Notes under the pieces: generated by a model | What the model was told of the DNA's origin: nothing | The model's database searches: none | The model's input: the letters and a program-made list of their open reading frames with translations, nothing else | Part shown: one piece after another, positions 25,486 to 39,847 of the stretch | How positions within the stretch are numbered: position 1 is the stretch's first letter | Layout of the letters: each line of letters begins with the position of its first letter | Translations under genes and position numbers: made by a program | NCBI GenBank assembly: GCA_031835245.2 | Contig: JAVKOQ020000070.1 | Span: 1 to 64,000, forward strand | Origin: Balamuthia mandrillaris | Taxonomy: Eukaryota | Direction of reading: 5' to 3' | DNA: 64,000 nucleotides

Positions 25486-26465
25486 ATGGACTCAATTCCC
25501 GCCTTTTTTTTGGAGGAAACTGAAAAAACAAAACTTTCCGTTGAAAAAAAGAACCCAAGCAAAGAAGTTGTAGACTACACAAAACAGAGCGCTGCTGCTG
25601 CTGCTGCTGCTGGGGAGGAAGGCCAAGCCCGTGGCAGCAGAGGTACATACAATCCTTCGCTGAGGTCTGCTTTTGTCCCTTTCCCTGCGTTCGTTCTGGC
25701 TCGCCGCGGTATCAACGTTGGTTTGACTCCTCAACCACCAGCACGTACGGTAGTGGAGAAGACCCCCTTTGTTTGCTGGAATAATCTTGGAAAACGCGGC
25801 AGAGGTACGTCTCTTCTGTGCGCACGCAGCTCAACAGAGCACATTTCAGCTAATTTGGCACCCAACTCGATCCCATTGAAGATTCTCTCGCTCAAAAATA
25901 CCGTTGCAAACTACCTGAATCCAAGTTTACGGGCACTTGCGTAAAGGGAGAGACACCTTTCATCAACGTTAAAACCTGCGATGGAGACAAAATATCCTGC
26001 AGAAAAGGGGGCGTCATCCCTTCACAGACCTTCCGGCTACCTCAAATCTTACGCGGTTTGGGAGCTAGGCGAAATAGAACGCTTTGGGATAGCGCTTAAG
26101 CTCTTTGGCCGCAACTATCAAAAGATGAGCAGCTACATAGAAACAAAAGATTATGATCAGGTACGACGTTGCTTGGTATATGCGCGCCCCTCTTCCCCCA
26201 TTTCTTACTTTTTAGCATTTGCTCTTGCACCCAGGTGCGGCAGTTTGCCTACAGAGTCCTCAGAGAGATCAATGAGGTGTTGTCTGGGAGTGGTGGACAG
26301 AGCCTTCAGAAAGAGCAAATGCAGAAAGGTATTCTATTGTTCTTTGACCTCAAACGGCAGTTCAAGCTTGCCCTGAATGCTCCTGCTTCCAAAGTTCTCT
26401 CGGCCGAGGACTTTCAACGATTTCAGCAAAAGCTTACTTCTAGGTTTCATTCTCTCTCCCTCTCC

Positions 26466-26519
<54 letters not shown>

Positions 26520-28763
26520 CATTCTTCTCTTGCAAATTTCTCTGACGGTTCTTTTCCTTCGTTGCAGCGTCCTTTCTTGCAGTGAGGCAGAAAAGAAAAC
26601 AAGTGATACGGACGGTCCTTCGTCAGTGGAAGAGCAATTAAAGCAAAGTGATTGTAGCACTCACCCCAAAGAGGTTCCAAACACGTCAATGACACCTTTG
26701 CCGAAACGCTTTACCTTACAATTAGTACCCAAGAATGAAACTGTGATGCAAGAAGTAGCTGCAGCTGGATATAACCCAATGCTACAGTATGTATCTTCTT
26801 CTCAGCCACCTTTAGTTGCAAATGTTTACCCATCCATCCATCTGTCCATCCACTAATCTCTTTACAAAGGTTGACCTATCCTTCAAAGCGACCCATTTCG
26901 TTCATCATCCGCCACATAACGAAAAAGTGGGTTCGCTTTGCGCACGGAAAAGAAAGATGCATAGCCTCCAAACCAATTCGGTTGTATCCTCCAGAGGCTC
27001 CTCAACACGAGGGCTGGGGCTCTGATCAACCAGATGTTCCCTCCGCTTCTGTCTACCGATACCTGGGCTGTCCCCGCATTATGCGTCTTTGCTATGATTG
27101 GGGAGTGAAGTCATGTGAGCCTGCCCCGCCGTCCACCGTGCAGAGTACAGCCTTCCACGTGGCGTTAGGACCTAATAACTCCTCCCAACCGGCATCCACA
27201 TCTTCCCGCCCTGCGCAAAACTCAGCCACCTCCACCATCAACTCTGCCACCACTGCCACTAGTCTTCAGCAACTGCCTTTTCCAGCATCGATACTAACTC
27301 ATCTGCCTGCTATTCCTTCCGGAACAGCACCTCTCCTCGCCACTACGTCAATGAATATTCTTCCGCAGAGCTTGCTGCTTTCCCTTAACAACGCCTCTTC
27401 GCTTTTCCCTTTCTTCCAACAATCATTGCCAACTCATTCGCAACTCCAACCTAAAGATTTGCGATCAAAGATTGCACTCAGCACCAAGCCTACCGTCTCC
27501 TCTACCGCTACAACCAGAACTTCAGCACCTGATGCTTCCGTCTCTTCCTCTGCTGTGACCAAGAATTCCTCCAAACCAACTGAACAACTTCCTTCTAATC
27601 TTCAAAGCTCATCGTTGGTGCATGTTGACAGCGACATTCTATCAGCGACGGAGGTAGCAGAAAACAGCGAACCAAGCAATAAGTCCAGAGGAGGAAACGT
27701 CATCCCTACGTTCACACTCGATGACTTTACAGTGGTTAAGCATGATAATTCTCCATCAACTCTCCCCAAATTAGCCTCTTCTCCACAATCCAACCACCAC
27801 TCCGCCCTTGCACCAAAATCTCCATCACCTCGCGTGCAGGCTGTCTTTGACCATAACCACAACAACAGCGCTTTCAAACGGGTGGCGCCCTCTTCTCCCT
27901 CTTCCCCCGACCTATTTGAGCGCTCCCTTACCTTTCCTCCGTTTGTCTCTCTGCTCACCCCACCACATCCGAACATCCGGCCCATAGCCACTCCTCTGCA
28001 CGGCAATAGCATTGGTGGAGGTAGCAGCAACCTCCGAGATAGGTTTTTGGGTACTCGCACTCCTGAAACACCTTCTCTTCTACTCTTCGAGGCAAGCAGG
28101 GACACCTTTCCGCTTGCCGATGAGGTTGAGGCCCAAGAATGCCAAGCCTACTACAACGGTTTCAACGACAGCAACAGTGGCTTTCCTTTTGAGAAATTAT
28201 TCCGAAAAGAAGAGGAGCCTTCACTCGATGACAGTTGTTCAACAGCCTCTCAGAAATCCATCTGTCGGCGGCTTCGTTTTGATGATACTCCCTCTAAGCC
28301 TACCGCCACCACAATATCGACTTCTTTCTCTCCTCCCACCAAACGACGACGGCGTGATCATGACCCAAAAGAACCACAAACCCTCTTTGACTCCCCAACC
28401 TCCATCTCCGCTGCCCCTTCTGATGCCGCCAACGACACCAACAGAAAACTTTCACCACGCATATCGTCTGACCGAAATAGCCTTGGCAGTAGCACCATCC
28501 GAGACTTCAGCCTGCTGCTCAACCCGAACAGCAACTTGGGGCTCGGTCTAACTGAGGATAGCTCAGATGGCTTTGGGAATAGCAACCTCCTTGGTAGTGC
28601 ATTTGCCAATGTCCTGGAATCAACAGACACCTCCCAGCAGCAGCCTCCCTCTTCATTGCACAATCTCCTCCAGCCTGATACGCCCAAAGTCAAAGTGGTC
28701 CGCAGCCTGGATTCTTTGCTTGAAGAGACCAACTCTAACAGCTGCTTTCCTTGGCTCAACTAA
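25486..28763 (+). CDS. Cramped / TSL-kinase-interacting protein 1-like SANT protein (start uncertain)
   Basis: SANT W...E...F..AL..FGRNYQKM...IETKDYDQVRQFAYR; LQLVP...GYNPMLQLT...KRPISFIIRHITKKW block; long S/P/T-rich tail. Confidence 0.7.
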
Positions 28764-29347
28764 CCTCCCCCCACCACTACCGCCATCCGTCATTTATCTC
28801 TCCTGTCTTGCATTCTTGTATTCATTTGTATCTGTATTCTCTTTCCGAACACGCTTTCACACAACATACACAAACTTTAAAGGCTTCTGGCACAAGTATC
28901 ACCTATGACACAAACAAACGAAAAATTGCCAACCACAAGCGAGCATTTATAACAGGGCGACGCAGGGAGTGAACAGCAGCTTTCTCTTCTTTCTCTTCTT
29001 CTCTTTTTCGTCCGAGGAGCCCCTTCTCTCTCTATAGCTAGGGGCTCTAAGCCCCAGGGGCCTCTAGCAGGCACTACTGCGCTATAGCTCTATCTCACTG
29101 AGATCTTGCTACAGAGCCCCTCCCCTGAGAAGCCCAGTGCGTGTAGTATGAGGGGTCATGCGTCCACAAAAAAAAGACCTTAGACCACAGCGGAGAGCAA
29201 GTACGACAGGAAGAGGGAGGAGGAGGGGGGAGGAGTACACCGCTGTTACAGGACAACCATTACAGGGCATTCCACTTTTGCTGGTGACTCGTTGCCCTCT
29301 TGCTTGCTTCTTCAAGAAATCCAAAGATTCAACCCAGTTGCCCAACA

Positions 29348-30794
29348 ATGGAGGAGAAGGAAAAGGAGGAGCTTCCGGTGTTAACAGGCCCGCTTCCTCC
29401 GGAGGAACAAGCGTTGCTGCCCGTTCCTCGCAAAACACGCGCCGCTACTGCCTCAAGTGCTCTCACCTCCACGGTAGCAACAGTTGGGGGTGGTAAGGAC
29501 ACAGCTAGCGGAGCGGTAGGTATGTCCTGGTTAAGCAGTTTCTTCGGGGCCACTTCTCCGCCAAACACCTCCTCTCCTCCCTTCACTTCCGCCAAAGCAT
29601 CTGCTCTGGCTGCTGCTACCTCCTCCTCTTCGCCTGGCGACGTGGAGGAAGCCGCAACAACGATGGGGAGCATCGCCATTCACACAGCAGCGTTGGACCT
29701 GAGCGAGTGTGTAAAGAAGGGCGTGTTGCTGTGCTCCCAAAAGGACAAGCGGCAGACGGAAAAGACTCGTTTTGCGTTGACAAAGACTCACCTTTGGGTT
29801 TACAGGCGTGACCACTTTACCCCGTTCATCGACTTGCGGACCCTCACCGACGTTTTTGCTGCGCAGAGTGGCAACAGCGGCGGACCCTCACCCAATAAAC
29901 AGCAACCTGACAACAAGCAAGCAAGTCCCATCAGTTCTACCAACGAGGAAGCACCGGAAGAAATGAGCATAACGCCCATGGAGACCGCTGAATGTAACTG
30001 TGGAGGTACGGAAGGCTGCCAAGTTTGTGATGCTCTTCTCTCTGATAAAAAAGCCAAAGAAAAAGACAACGATGATGAAGCGCCGCAAGTTAGGCGAACC
30101 AACTCCAACTCAGCGGTACCCATGGCCTATGTGGCTCAGCACCACCATCACCACATTCGTATGAGCAAACTTCTCCCAACCAAATCAGGTACACCCTCCA
30201 AAGACCAGGAAAGCGTGCTCACGAAAGTCACTAAATACGTCTTGGATCGGAAGCCGAGTCCCTCCTCTCCTCTATCTGCTCTTGTAGAGGGCACAACTTC
30301 ACTCCAGGTACTCGATACCTCTGCTAGCTCTACATCTAGTTCATCATCCGCTTCTCCCTCTTCATTGGTGGTTTCTTCCTCCACCTCTTCGCTGGTCGTT
30401 CCATCCTCCTCTACAATAACTCCTAAGAATGGGCAGGCATCGGGCTCCCTCCCTTCTTCCTCTGCCAACTCTTGGACAGGATGGCTCTTCCCAGATAGTG
30501 CTGCTGATAGCAAGCGGCAAGACAAAAGATCCAAAGCAAAACCTTGGTGGAGCGTTTCAAGTGACAACCACTCCACCCTCAGCAGTGGCAAGACTGTAGC
30601 AGGGCAGCAACCTCTCGGTCAGTTATTTCATTTTGTAGTGATAACAACCAGAAGGGACTTCACTGCTGGCAACCTTTACATCCGTTTTTCGACACCCGAT
30701 GTTCGCAATCGTGACGAATGGATTCGTGCCATCAAAGCTTGCACCATCTCCCTCCCAGATTCTCTTATGGGAATCCAGGTTACTTACCCGTTCT

Positions 30795-30830
<36 letters not shown>

Positions 30831-31499
30831 GTGCTCTTGAGTTGTCTTAATCTTAATCTTGTTCCTGTGGAAATGCAAAAGCAACAATTTGAGACGGAGA
30901 TCTTGGAGCTTGCACAGCAAGACGCTGCGGATACTTCAGCTGCACCCCTAGTTGAGAGCGGAGGTGGCACCAACGAAATTAAACACGCTGCAACTTTTCT
31001 GAAAACGAGGAAACTAGAGGAACAAAATGAACTCAAACGGAGAAAGCAGCTTGGCTTGGCAGAAGCCAAGCTTACTCTTCTGGAACTTATAACGAGCAAA
31101 GGCTATAGCGCAGAAGAGCATAAAGTAATCACCCAAGATGGCTACATCTTAACTTTGCATCGCATCCCTCGCAACAAGGAGGAGACACAGCGTTGGGGCA
31201 AAGTCAACAACAAGCCTGTTGTCTTTTTGATGCATGGTCTCCTCGATTGTAGCGTTACTTGGATTTTAGGGCGTGAAGCCGAGTCTCTTGCTTTCATATT
31301 GTCAACACATGGGTTTGTTTTGATGTTACAAGTTTTTTTTTCCTTCCTTATGTTCCTTTGCCTTTAATGTTCCTTACCGGCTGCAACTGATACTTTGCTT
31401 AGGTATGATGTATGGATGGGAAATTCACGTGGTAACCGTTATAGCAGGGAACACATCTCACTTAGCGTGGACCAGGATGCTTTCTGGCAGTAACCTTTG

Positions 31500-31541
<42 letters not shown>

Positions 31542-32830
31542 ACGTGAGCTCATCAGCGAACTTTATACTTAGATTCAACAGAGATCATTTGGTGGAGGAC
31601 GCAGCAGCTAGTATAGACTACATTTTGGAGACAACGAAACAAAAGCACTTGACGTACATAGGACATTCGCAAGGCACAAATATAGCATTTGCCCTGTTGA
31701 CCAGCCGACCTTCATTTCGTTCCAAATTGAACCTATTTGTGGCACTGGCGCCTGCTGTTTACGTACAAAACCATAAAAGTAAAATGCTGAGTTATCTTTC
31801 TGGTATCAAGACGGATCGCCTTTTCCAACTGATGGGCATTCAACAGTTTATGGGGGTACGTGTTTGCCTCTCAGTCTTGCGTTCAGTAAGTAGTAAATAG
31901 CAGATGTAATGACTTACTTTCGGCTGTCTTAACAACATAAACTTTAGACTGGAATGGGATTTGCCAACGCCAGAGCTCCGATGCTTGTTCTAAATTCTCC
32001 TCGTTTATCCAAATGGGTGGCTCAAACGGTCTTCAAAGCACTGTGCGGATGGAATCCTGATGACAACTTTGGTATGGACCGGTTTCCGATCCTGGCTGCG
32101 CATCAACCTGGAGGCACCAGCGTTCTCGTTATGGCTCACTGGTAAGCTTTTTTTTCTTTCTTCTTTGTTGCTTACCTTAGCAACTTTTGTTCTCTTTTCT
32201 TGTTTTTGTTTGTTTGTTTGTTTGTGTTGTTTTTTTTTTTCTGTCACAGAAGTTTGCTGCAGGTCACTAATTTTGGTTCATAGGGCACAAGCGGTGCGAA
32301 CAGGAAGATTCTGTAGATATGACCACGGACCAAAGAAGAACATGGAAATCTACAACAGCACAGAGCCGCCCTCCTATCAGATAAGCCAGCTAGCCAATGT
32401 CCCGTTGGCCATCTTCTATGGCGGACAGGACAAACTGACTACTCCAGAGGACGTGGAGCGGCTGCTGCGTGAGTTGCCACATCCACCAGCCTATGTCCAG
32501 TTCGAGCAGGAGTACGCCCATCTGGACTTTGTATGGGGAGTGGATGCCTGCGTCAAGATCTACCCAAAGATTTGCGAGCTGGCTTCACACTTTACCCAGC
32601 TTCAGGAAGACGCTTTACAGCGGTTACAATCCCAACAACAGGATGCTGCTGTCGATGATGGTAGAGATGGTGGTAATGGTAGCTACGGTGTCGAAATGGA
32701 GGAGATGGAAAAGCAGAAGGAAAAAGTGACAGAAGAAGAAAAAAAGCTAAACGAAGAGATGGGAGGAAGGGATACCAATGCAGCAAAGGGCGAGCATAAG
32801 GTAGTTATGATGGACATGTCGTCCAGCTGA
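29348..32830 (+). CDS. Acid/gastric-type alpha-beta hydrolase lipase with N-terminal split PH-like domain
   Basis: [64 protein letters not shown]-like halves [17 protein letters not shown] and ..[11 protein letters not shown]. Confidence 0.88.
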
Positions 32831-32919
32831 TGATGCCTTGCGGAAAAAGAAAAGAAAGAAAAAGTACAGCACGAACTTTTATTCATTCAATTGGAGGCAC
32901 ACGTTCATGAGGGGAGAGA

Positions 32920-34183
32920 TCATGCTGCCCACTTTTCAGGGACGGAAGAAGGTTGTGAAGAGGAGGGCATGTTTTGTGGCCGAAAGAGAAGGGCTAGGAG
33001 GGCATCCCGATGGGATAGCTCTGCCGGAAACCAAAACTCTCTTGCCAACAGCAGCTGCTCCAGCACCAGCCGTTCTCTTTGTGTGGCCGAGTCAACCAAT
33101 CCCAAAAGTAGCGACACCAATCCCCGTCGCTCCTGTTGGCTCTCCTTAGCTGCTGCCATTTTTTCTTTGCCTTTGCTCGTTGAAGTACTCGTGTTTTCTT
33201 CCTCCTTGTCTTCAGGTTGTTGTTGTTGTTGTTCATCATCCCATCCACCCATTTGCTGCAAGAGCTCGAGAAGAACTCCTGTCACTATCTCCAAGAACTG
33301 GTCCTTCCGTGACAACCTCTTTTTATCAAGGCCTTGGGCGTGGCGGATGTCCTTGTTGATGTCCAGGAATACGCGGGTGGTTTGCTTTGCTTCTTCGTCT
33401 CCTGTCACTGCTGGCGGCAGATACCTCAGCACGATGTACAAGTCCCTTTGCTGTTCATCACCCAACGCGGCCACCAACGATGCCAAGAACGGTACCACTC
33501 CATCGCTGCTTCCTAACTGCCATTAGAGGAACCAACACAGCAGAAGAAAAGATGACAAAGAAAGATGGTGTGTGTGGTTGGTTAGGCTTTATGGGTGAGG
33601 TTGAAGGAACCGTGAGAAATGAAGTAAAAGAAAGAGGACAAACCTTTTCGGAACTAAGCTCGTGTTTCACTCTACCCCGACGCTCCCAATTGAGAATGGT
33701 CCGCACAATGGCTACCCGCAGAAGTTGTTGCTCTTCTTGCTGTTTTCTCTCTGTCAAGCTCAACTGCGACAACGGGACTGGAGAGGAGGAACTGTCACGC
33801 AGAACCTCCAACACTCTCTCAAACTCGAGCAAGAGGTTGCCTTTGTTGGTAGCTACCTCTTTTCTCACAGCCTCTATTATGCTCAAAATGAGCGTAGCTT
33901 GCTCCAGCTCCCCCATTCTTTCAGGCTGTTGCTTTTGCGGTTGTCGTTTCTGCTGCTGCGCTGGAGAAGAAGGACTTCTTGGGGCAGCAGCCACCAGCAA
34001 AGAGGTAGGCGTGGCAGGAGCGGCTTCTGCTGCTGGTGCTTGGGTTGATCTCTGGCCTCGGGTGGGCAGGTCTTCCTCCAATGATCTGCCCTCTTCATCG
34101 TCAAACACGGACGCGGCTGTTCCAAACAGGTCAGGCTGGAGAGTAGGGGCGCACCTGCTGAATAACCTCCCCCACCAGCTCAT
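32920..34183 (-). CDS. Hypothetical protein (two exons)
   Basis: ORFs 33458-34315 and 32920-33498 with protein-like composition; no family recognised. Confidence 0.5.
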
Positions 34184-34484
34184 CCTGAGCTGCCCTCTTC
34201 TTTTCGTTTCTGTTCTTTGTTTTTTGTTGCTTTGGGGGAACTTGTGCACAGGTTCTACACGAATGGTCTCCTTAGAGGCCTCCTTAAAATAAAAACGGCA
34301 ATCTCTTTTTTCCATTTTCTTTCTTTATTCATTTGTTGATCATCAGTAGCAGCCAAAGCAAGCCAAAAGGCCCCCTCTTCCCCACTGCTCCCCGTCGTAG
34401 CGGTAGCACCAAGCATTTGACCAGGGAAGAAAAACCAGTTCTTTTTTTTTGTGCACGCACACACACACACACACACACACATAA

Positions 34485-35143
34485 ATGTCCTATCAGTATC
34501 CCCCACCCCCAACCTCTGGCGGAGCGGACTTCTTCGCGCCGCCTGCTCCCTCCTCCGGGGGCTTTTACGGAAGCGGCGGGGCTCCTGGCAGCGGAGGCAG
34601 CCCTTACCCACCACCTCAGTTCCAGTACCCTCCCCCTTCCCAAGGAGGAGGCATGGCTTACCCTCCTCCCCCTGACATGTCAGGTATGGGCATGGGTATG
34701 GGCATGGGCGGTGGTTTTCCTCCTGCGCCCGACTTTGGGATGGGTGGTGGTTTCCCTCCATCCTCAGGAGGCTTCGCACCCCCTCCTATGGCCGCTGGCG
34801 GCGCTGGTTATGGCAGCGGTGGTTTCCCTCCCATGGACCCTTATGCGGCCCCTCCCATGGCCATGGGTGGTTACCCTCCTGGTGCGCCCTCCTCTTTTTA
34901 TTGCTTTTTCTTTCCTTTAGCGCTGCTTACTTGTTGGTTGTTACTTTTTTTTTGCAGACGGTGTTGCCGTTGGTGGTGAAGACTATGATCGTGGTTTGAT
35001 GAAACACATGAAACTGAAAAAGATGAAGAAAGGTTAACCTTCTTTTCTCTCTCTCTCTCTCTCTCATTTGATCACAACAACTCACGTCGTCCCTTCTATC
35101 AGGTGGTAAAAAAGTAGGTAAAAAGATCAAGAAGGCATTCTAA
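34485..35143 (+). CDS. Small Pro/Gly/Met/Tyr-rich protein with basic C-terminal tail
   Basis: MSYQYPPPP..GGMAYPPPP..GMGMGGGFPP; short downstream exons ending KKVGKKIKKAF*. Confidence 0.65.
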
Positions 35144-35344
35144 AGCAACAGCAATGGCGGTGGTTAGTTGTGGATACAGCCAAACAAACGGAGGAAGAAA
35201 GACAAACGCAAGAAGAGAAGCAGCAGCGGTGGCATAATATTGTATAAAATAAGCAATAGGAAGTAAATGCGGTTGAACCTGACTGTAATCGAATGGAGAA
35301 CACTTTGTTGCCTATTCTAACGTTTACGCATGCTAGTTCTCGTG

Positions 35345-38300
35345 CTAGTCATAGCCAGCAATGTTAGGCTGCACGGTCATGATGAAGGTACGTATCTGCA
35401 TGGGTTCCAGCGTCACCATAAACGGCCTCGCTCTATTTGGATAGTTAACTTCCTTTTCTCGTTGCTTGTTGCTGTTGTTGGAAGTGGTGTTAGTGGTTCT
35501 CCAAGTGTAACGTCGCATTTCGCTCAAAGCCTGGTTGGCGCTTAGGTTCAATTCTTCCAAGTACAGCACATCAAAGTACAGAAAGAGGCTTGCCACATCC
35601 ACCTACTCTCCGAAAGAACAGTGAGACACTACAGACTTGCCAACAACAAACAAACCAAACCAACGTGAAGCCACAACAAACCTCTGCAGGTTTTGAATAA
35701 ATAGGATGTTCTGCTTTGGCGAAGATATGGTTCAGGCGGAGGAGGAAGCGATTTGGAGTGTCAGTTGGTGCCAGCTTTTGTATGTGCACGTTCACTGGCA
35801 GAGCAGCACTCAAAGGCCGAAACTCGGCTTTATACTGCGCAAACCAGTCACTGGCGCTGCTGCCTCCTGTTATTATTCAATCCAGAAACGAGGTTTGGCC
35901 AACCTCTTTTTTTTCCAACGAGATGTTGCAGCGAACAAACGAACCTTGATCAAACTGTCCAGCAAACCAGAGGAGACAAGGATTGTTCAGCAGAAGCGCT
36001 GACTGTCGTTGGAACTGTGCTGTGTCGTAGGAAGGTCCAACAAACAGCCGGTGGATAGCTCGGATGGCGGTGTCCTCATTTAATGCTTCATTTACGCCTC
36101 GGTTGTCGTCCACCATCAATCGCCTGTGCAGCATCACTTCCAGCTCGCCGTCAGCTAAGCTGCTGACGCCTTGCGAGCGGTCGCTTGTTACCCTGTATTC
36201 ATTTGAAAGAGAAGCAAAGATAAGAAAAGTAGGAACCAGAAGGAATGAGATAAAAGCATACGCAAATCGTATATCATTAGTGGTGTTTTGTATGTAGGCG
36301 GCGGTGTTCAAAGGGAAGTAATTGCCAGCAACTGGTTCGTTAACGTTCAACGTCCAGGTTGGCCTGTAATTATACCGACGTTGTTGCATTTCCTGTCCCT
36401 CTGAGTCAGTGTACCACGTTTGGTTGGTGGTCATGTTCGTTTGGAACTTTGTAAAAACCTGTTTCGCAGTTTGTTAACGAAAAGAGGGATTCAAGAGTAA
36501 AGGAGACAAATAGAAGTATGACGAGAACACAAAGACAGGGGGGAACATGCACCTCTTTGCCTACAGGAAAGGAAACATCAATGGGACCTACATTATACTC
36601 AATCTCCACAAATGGAGCATTGTTGTATACTCTGACCTTCTGATAAGCCCATGCCGTCCAGTTCATCATTACCTCCTGCAACATATAGAATGGCGCGTAA
36701 GTTGAGAGGATGTCAGCTGCCGAGGTGCGAGCCGGAAAGAGACCTGACAGAGAGATCCGTTGCCAAGAACGCTCAGACTTGGAATGTTACCATTCGTCAA
36801 GCCTTGAGGCAGTGGACCCTGCGGACGAAAGATGTAAGCTCCTGATGGTTGCCCTGAAACCTGGTCACCAGTGTTTGAATAATAAAACAGGAGGCCCTGC
36901 TGAACTTGTAACATCTGTGAACTCAGTTTGTTGGTAATGGAAGAGATACCATTCGTGGTATGGTTGATGGCCACAGAGAAAAACCGATTGGATAGAGAGG
37001 TAATGTTGATCGTTGCTTTCTCTACTGTTCGCTTCATGGCGAAGGAAAAGGAGCTTGAAGGACGTATTTCATTTTCTTCAGTCGAGGTAACAGGTTGAAT
37101 TACGACACTTCGATAGCCGAGAGGAGGCACGCTGGCAGCAAACAACAGCGTCAACAAGCCGGCTTGGTCAGTGTTATTCAGCAGCTGTGAAGGAATTACT
37201 TGATTGTCGTCCGCAACCACTGTTTATGAGAACGGTAACATTAATGAAAGAGTAGAAGGAGGGAGAAGGAGAAGGAGAACAAAAAGAAGAAGAACAAAAC
37301 TGAAGACAGATAAAATACAAGATAGTGAGAAGAACCTGAAGATACAGCAGAAGACGAAGAACAACAATATACGTACCCGTGTATTTGCCGGTTGGCACTG
37401 GCAGTCTAAAATATTCAGTTCTTTGCCAAGCCAAAGGATTGGTTATCACCATAGGCACGATGCGGCCTGCAGCCAACGCTTTGGTGAGAGGATCGCACAC
37501 ACTCTGATTCAACTGAGCACAATAGCTCAAAGCAGGAGCAGGTGCATTGAAAAGAGATGGAAGGGAAGAGAGTTTCGTCTTATCATCGGAAACGGACTCC
37601 AACACGTGAGCCTCAAGGTTGGGAATGGTCAAGAGCTTAGCGATACGATCTTGCATCATCTGCTGGCATGATTGGCTGCCTATGGATAAAAGTTTGGCGT
37701 AGTCGTTGGCTACATGTTGTTTTTCGGTTCCGCTTATAGCATCGTGGTGTTGAGCAATCGCAAGTGCATAGCTTAAAGTTTCCAGTTGGAGTTGGGATGA
37801 AGTCATGTTAGCATCGTCCATTATCCCTGTTCATAATTTCATTTATATTAGAAGACAAAGAAGCGAACAGTAGTACTTACCCAGCGACAACGAATAAAGC
37901 TGTTCACTGGCTCTCATGAAGTTTTCAAGAGTGCGGATGTAACTCTTGAGTGCTGGTCGGCTTGTATAGAATCCAGTCCAATAAGCGTGGGCTGAGTACC
38001 ACATTATAGAATCAACCATTTGCGCATTAAAGTTAAAGATAGTTGAGGGGAGGAACTCACGCTCATCAGCATAAGGGAAAAAGTCATCAGTTTTCAAGGA
38101 CCAAGTAATGTTCTGAGCTAGAGAAACATGGTGAACTGCTTTCACATAAACGCTGGGAGTGCTGTATATCATCTTCACTCCATATTGCGGGTTGGCGTTG
38201 ACGTACTTCATCAACTTATCTATATTCTGGAAGACTGTGAGAAGGAGAATAAGTGAGGAGAAGAATCTAAACCTTAAAGTTAATATCAGCGTTCATGTAC

Positions 38301-39537
38301 TGAAAGTCATCACCAAAGGTCATCAGTATCTGATTTGTTCTATAAACAGCGCTTCGCTGTTGCGCCTGAGATATTAGTGCAAGAGCGCGTGAAGCGACGT
38401 TGAGTCCTTCCAACCGAGGATCGTCCATGATAGGATCTATGTTGGGGCACTCAAAACAGAAACCATCCGGCGGGCTGTAATGTGCTATGAAAAAACACCA
38501 CAGAGGGTCAAACTAGGGAGAATGTTAGTAAGCAAAATTTCGAAACGTACCCCAAAGAACATGGGTAAACATGTCAACCTGGCTCCCGAGGCTTTGGCTG
38601 CCTCTCCATATGAACTCTAGTTCGCGGTCAGCGATCCGCTGTTGTTTGTCTGTTTACTGTTTAGAGAAAGGAAACACAACAACAGCATGAGGGAGATACC
38701 TTGATAATCAATTCTTGCGAAGAAGAACCCGTTAAAGCCCATTTGAGCAAATAGCGAAGCTTGTGTTGAGGCATGTCCGAATGGATCTGTCAAGGTAGCA
38801 GCAGAAAAAGCATCAGAGGCGAATAAAGGACAGGAAGGAGAAGAAGACGAAAGAGGAGGAGAGAGACAGGAGAAGAAGGAGAGAAGAAGAAAAAAATGAA
38901 GAAGAAGAAGAAAAAGAAAAAGAAGAAGAACTTCAAGTAGTGACACGTACCAATGTGCCAACCTATTGTGGGCTTAATACCAAACTCGCGAAGCAAGAAC
39001 TGATGACCAGCAGTCATTTGGTCAATTATAGCCTCATAGTGCGTCGTGGCCTCATCGTTCATGCACCAACCTCCGTTCACAAACTCCAGTCGCCCTTCTG
39101 CCACAAGATTTCGCACTATAGTCTTCGTCGTATCACTCTGCTCGTTCCACCACCGCTCAAAGTAAGCGATCTCCACGTAAATGAAGCGTTTGGCGGGGTC
39201 TGCTGCCAGTTCTTTCACGACATTGTCCAATATATACTGAACTCCCGCGTTCTGAATGGTGTTGTTTGCTCCATAGTAATACTGGTCCACGGTTTTCAGC
39301 CATCCAACGTCCTACAAGGAGAAAAAGAGTTTTAAACATGTTAGCAGACAGGAAAGAAAAACAAGAGTTGCAAGAGAGCGAAAAACTAACGTCGTGAGAA
39401 TGAGCTATCACGTGCACCACGATCGGTTCGTTGTCCTTGTTTTTCAGGGGCTTGGCCGCGCAAAAAACCGTTCCGCTGAGGCACACTATGACCCAAATGC
39501 AGAGGAATGTTCCCAAGGAACAGACCTGCAGCGACAT
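35345..39537 (-). CDS. Lysosomal alpha-mannosidase (GH38), MAN2B1-like
   Basis: Signal peptide, [87 protein letters not shown]. Confidence 0.96.
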
Positions 39538-39847
39538 CGGGTTCGCCTCCGTCGCTTTCTTCCGTCCTTATGCTTCCTTCTCAAAAACACAGGCGTTTAA
39601 TTCTACGAGCGATTCTCTTGCTTTTTTTGGCACACATAACTACAAATTTTTTATCAATAATTGCACCAAATAAAGTATATCACATCAAATATCCAGAAAT
39701 TTTCGCTTTTTTCGAATTATTGTCTCTATTTTCAGCAAAAAGAGACGACTTTCCGCCAAACTGTAACACTTGTGGACTTTTTGCGATAATTCGTCATTTA
39801 GAAAAAAATTGTTGCTGAGGAAATCTCAAAGACAACAACAATCAAAC

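Noticed and set aside
29016..29121. Short inverted repeats GAGCCCCT/AGGGGCTC, possible MITE
   Set aside because: Arms only 8-9 bp, no clear target duplication, no second copy in the window
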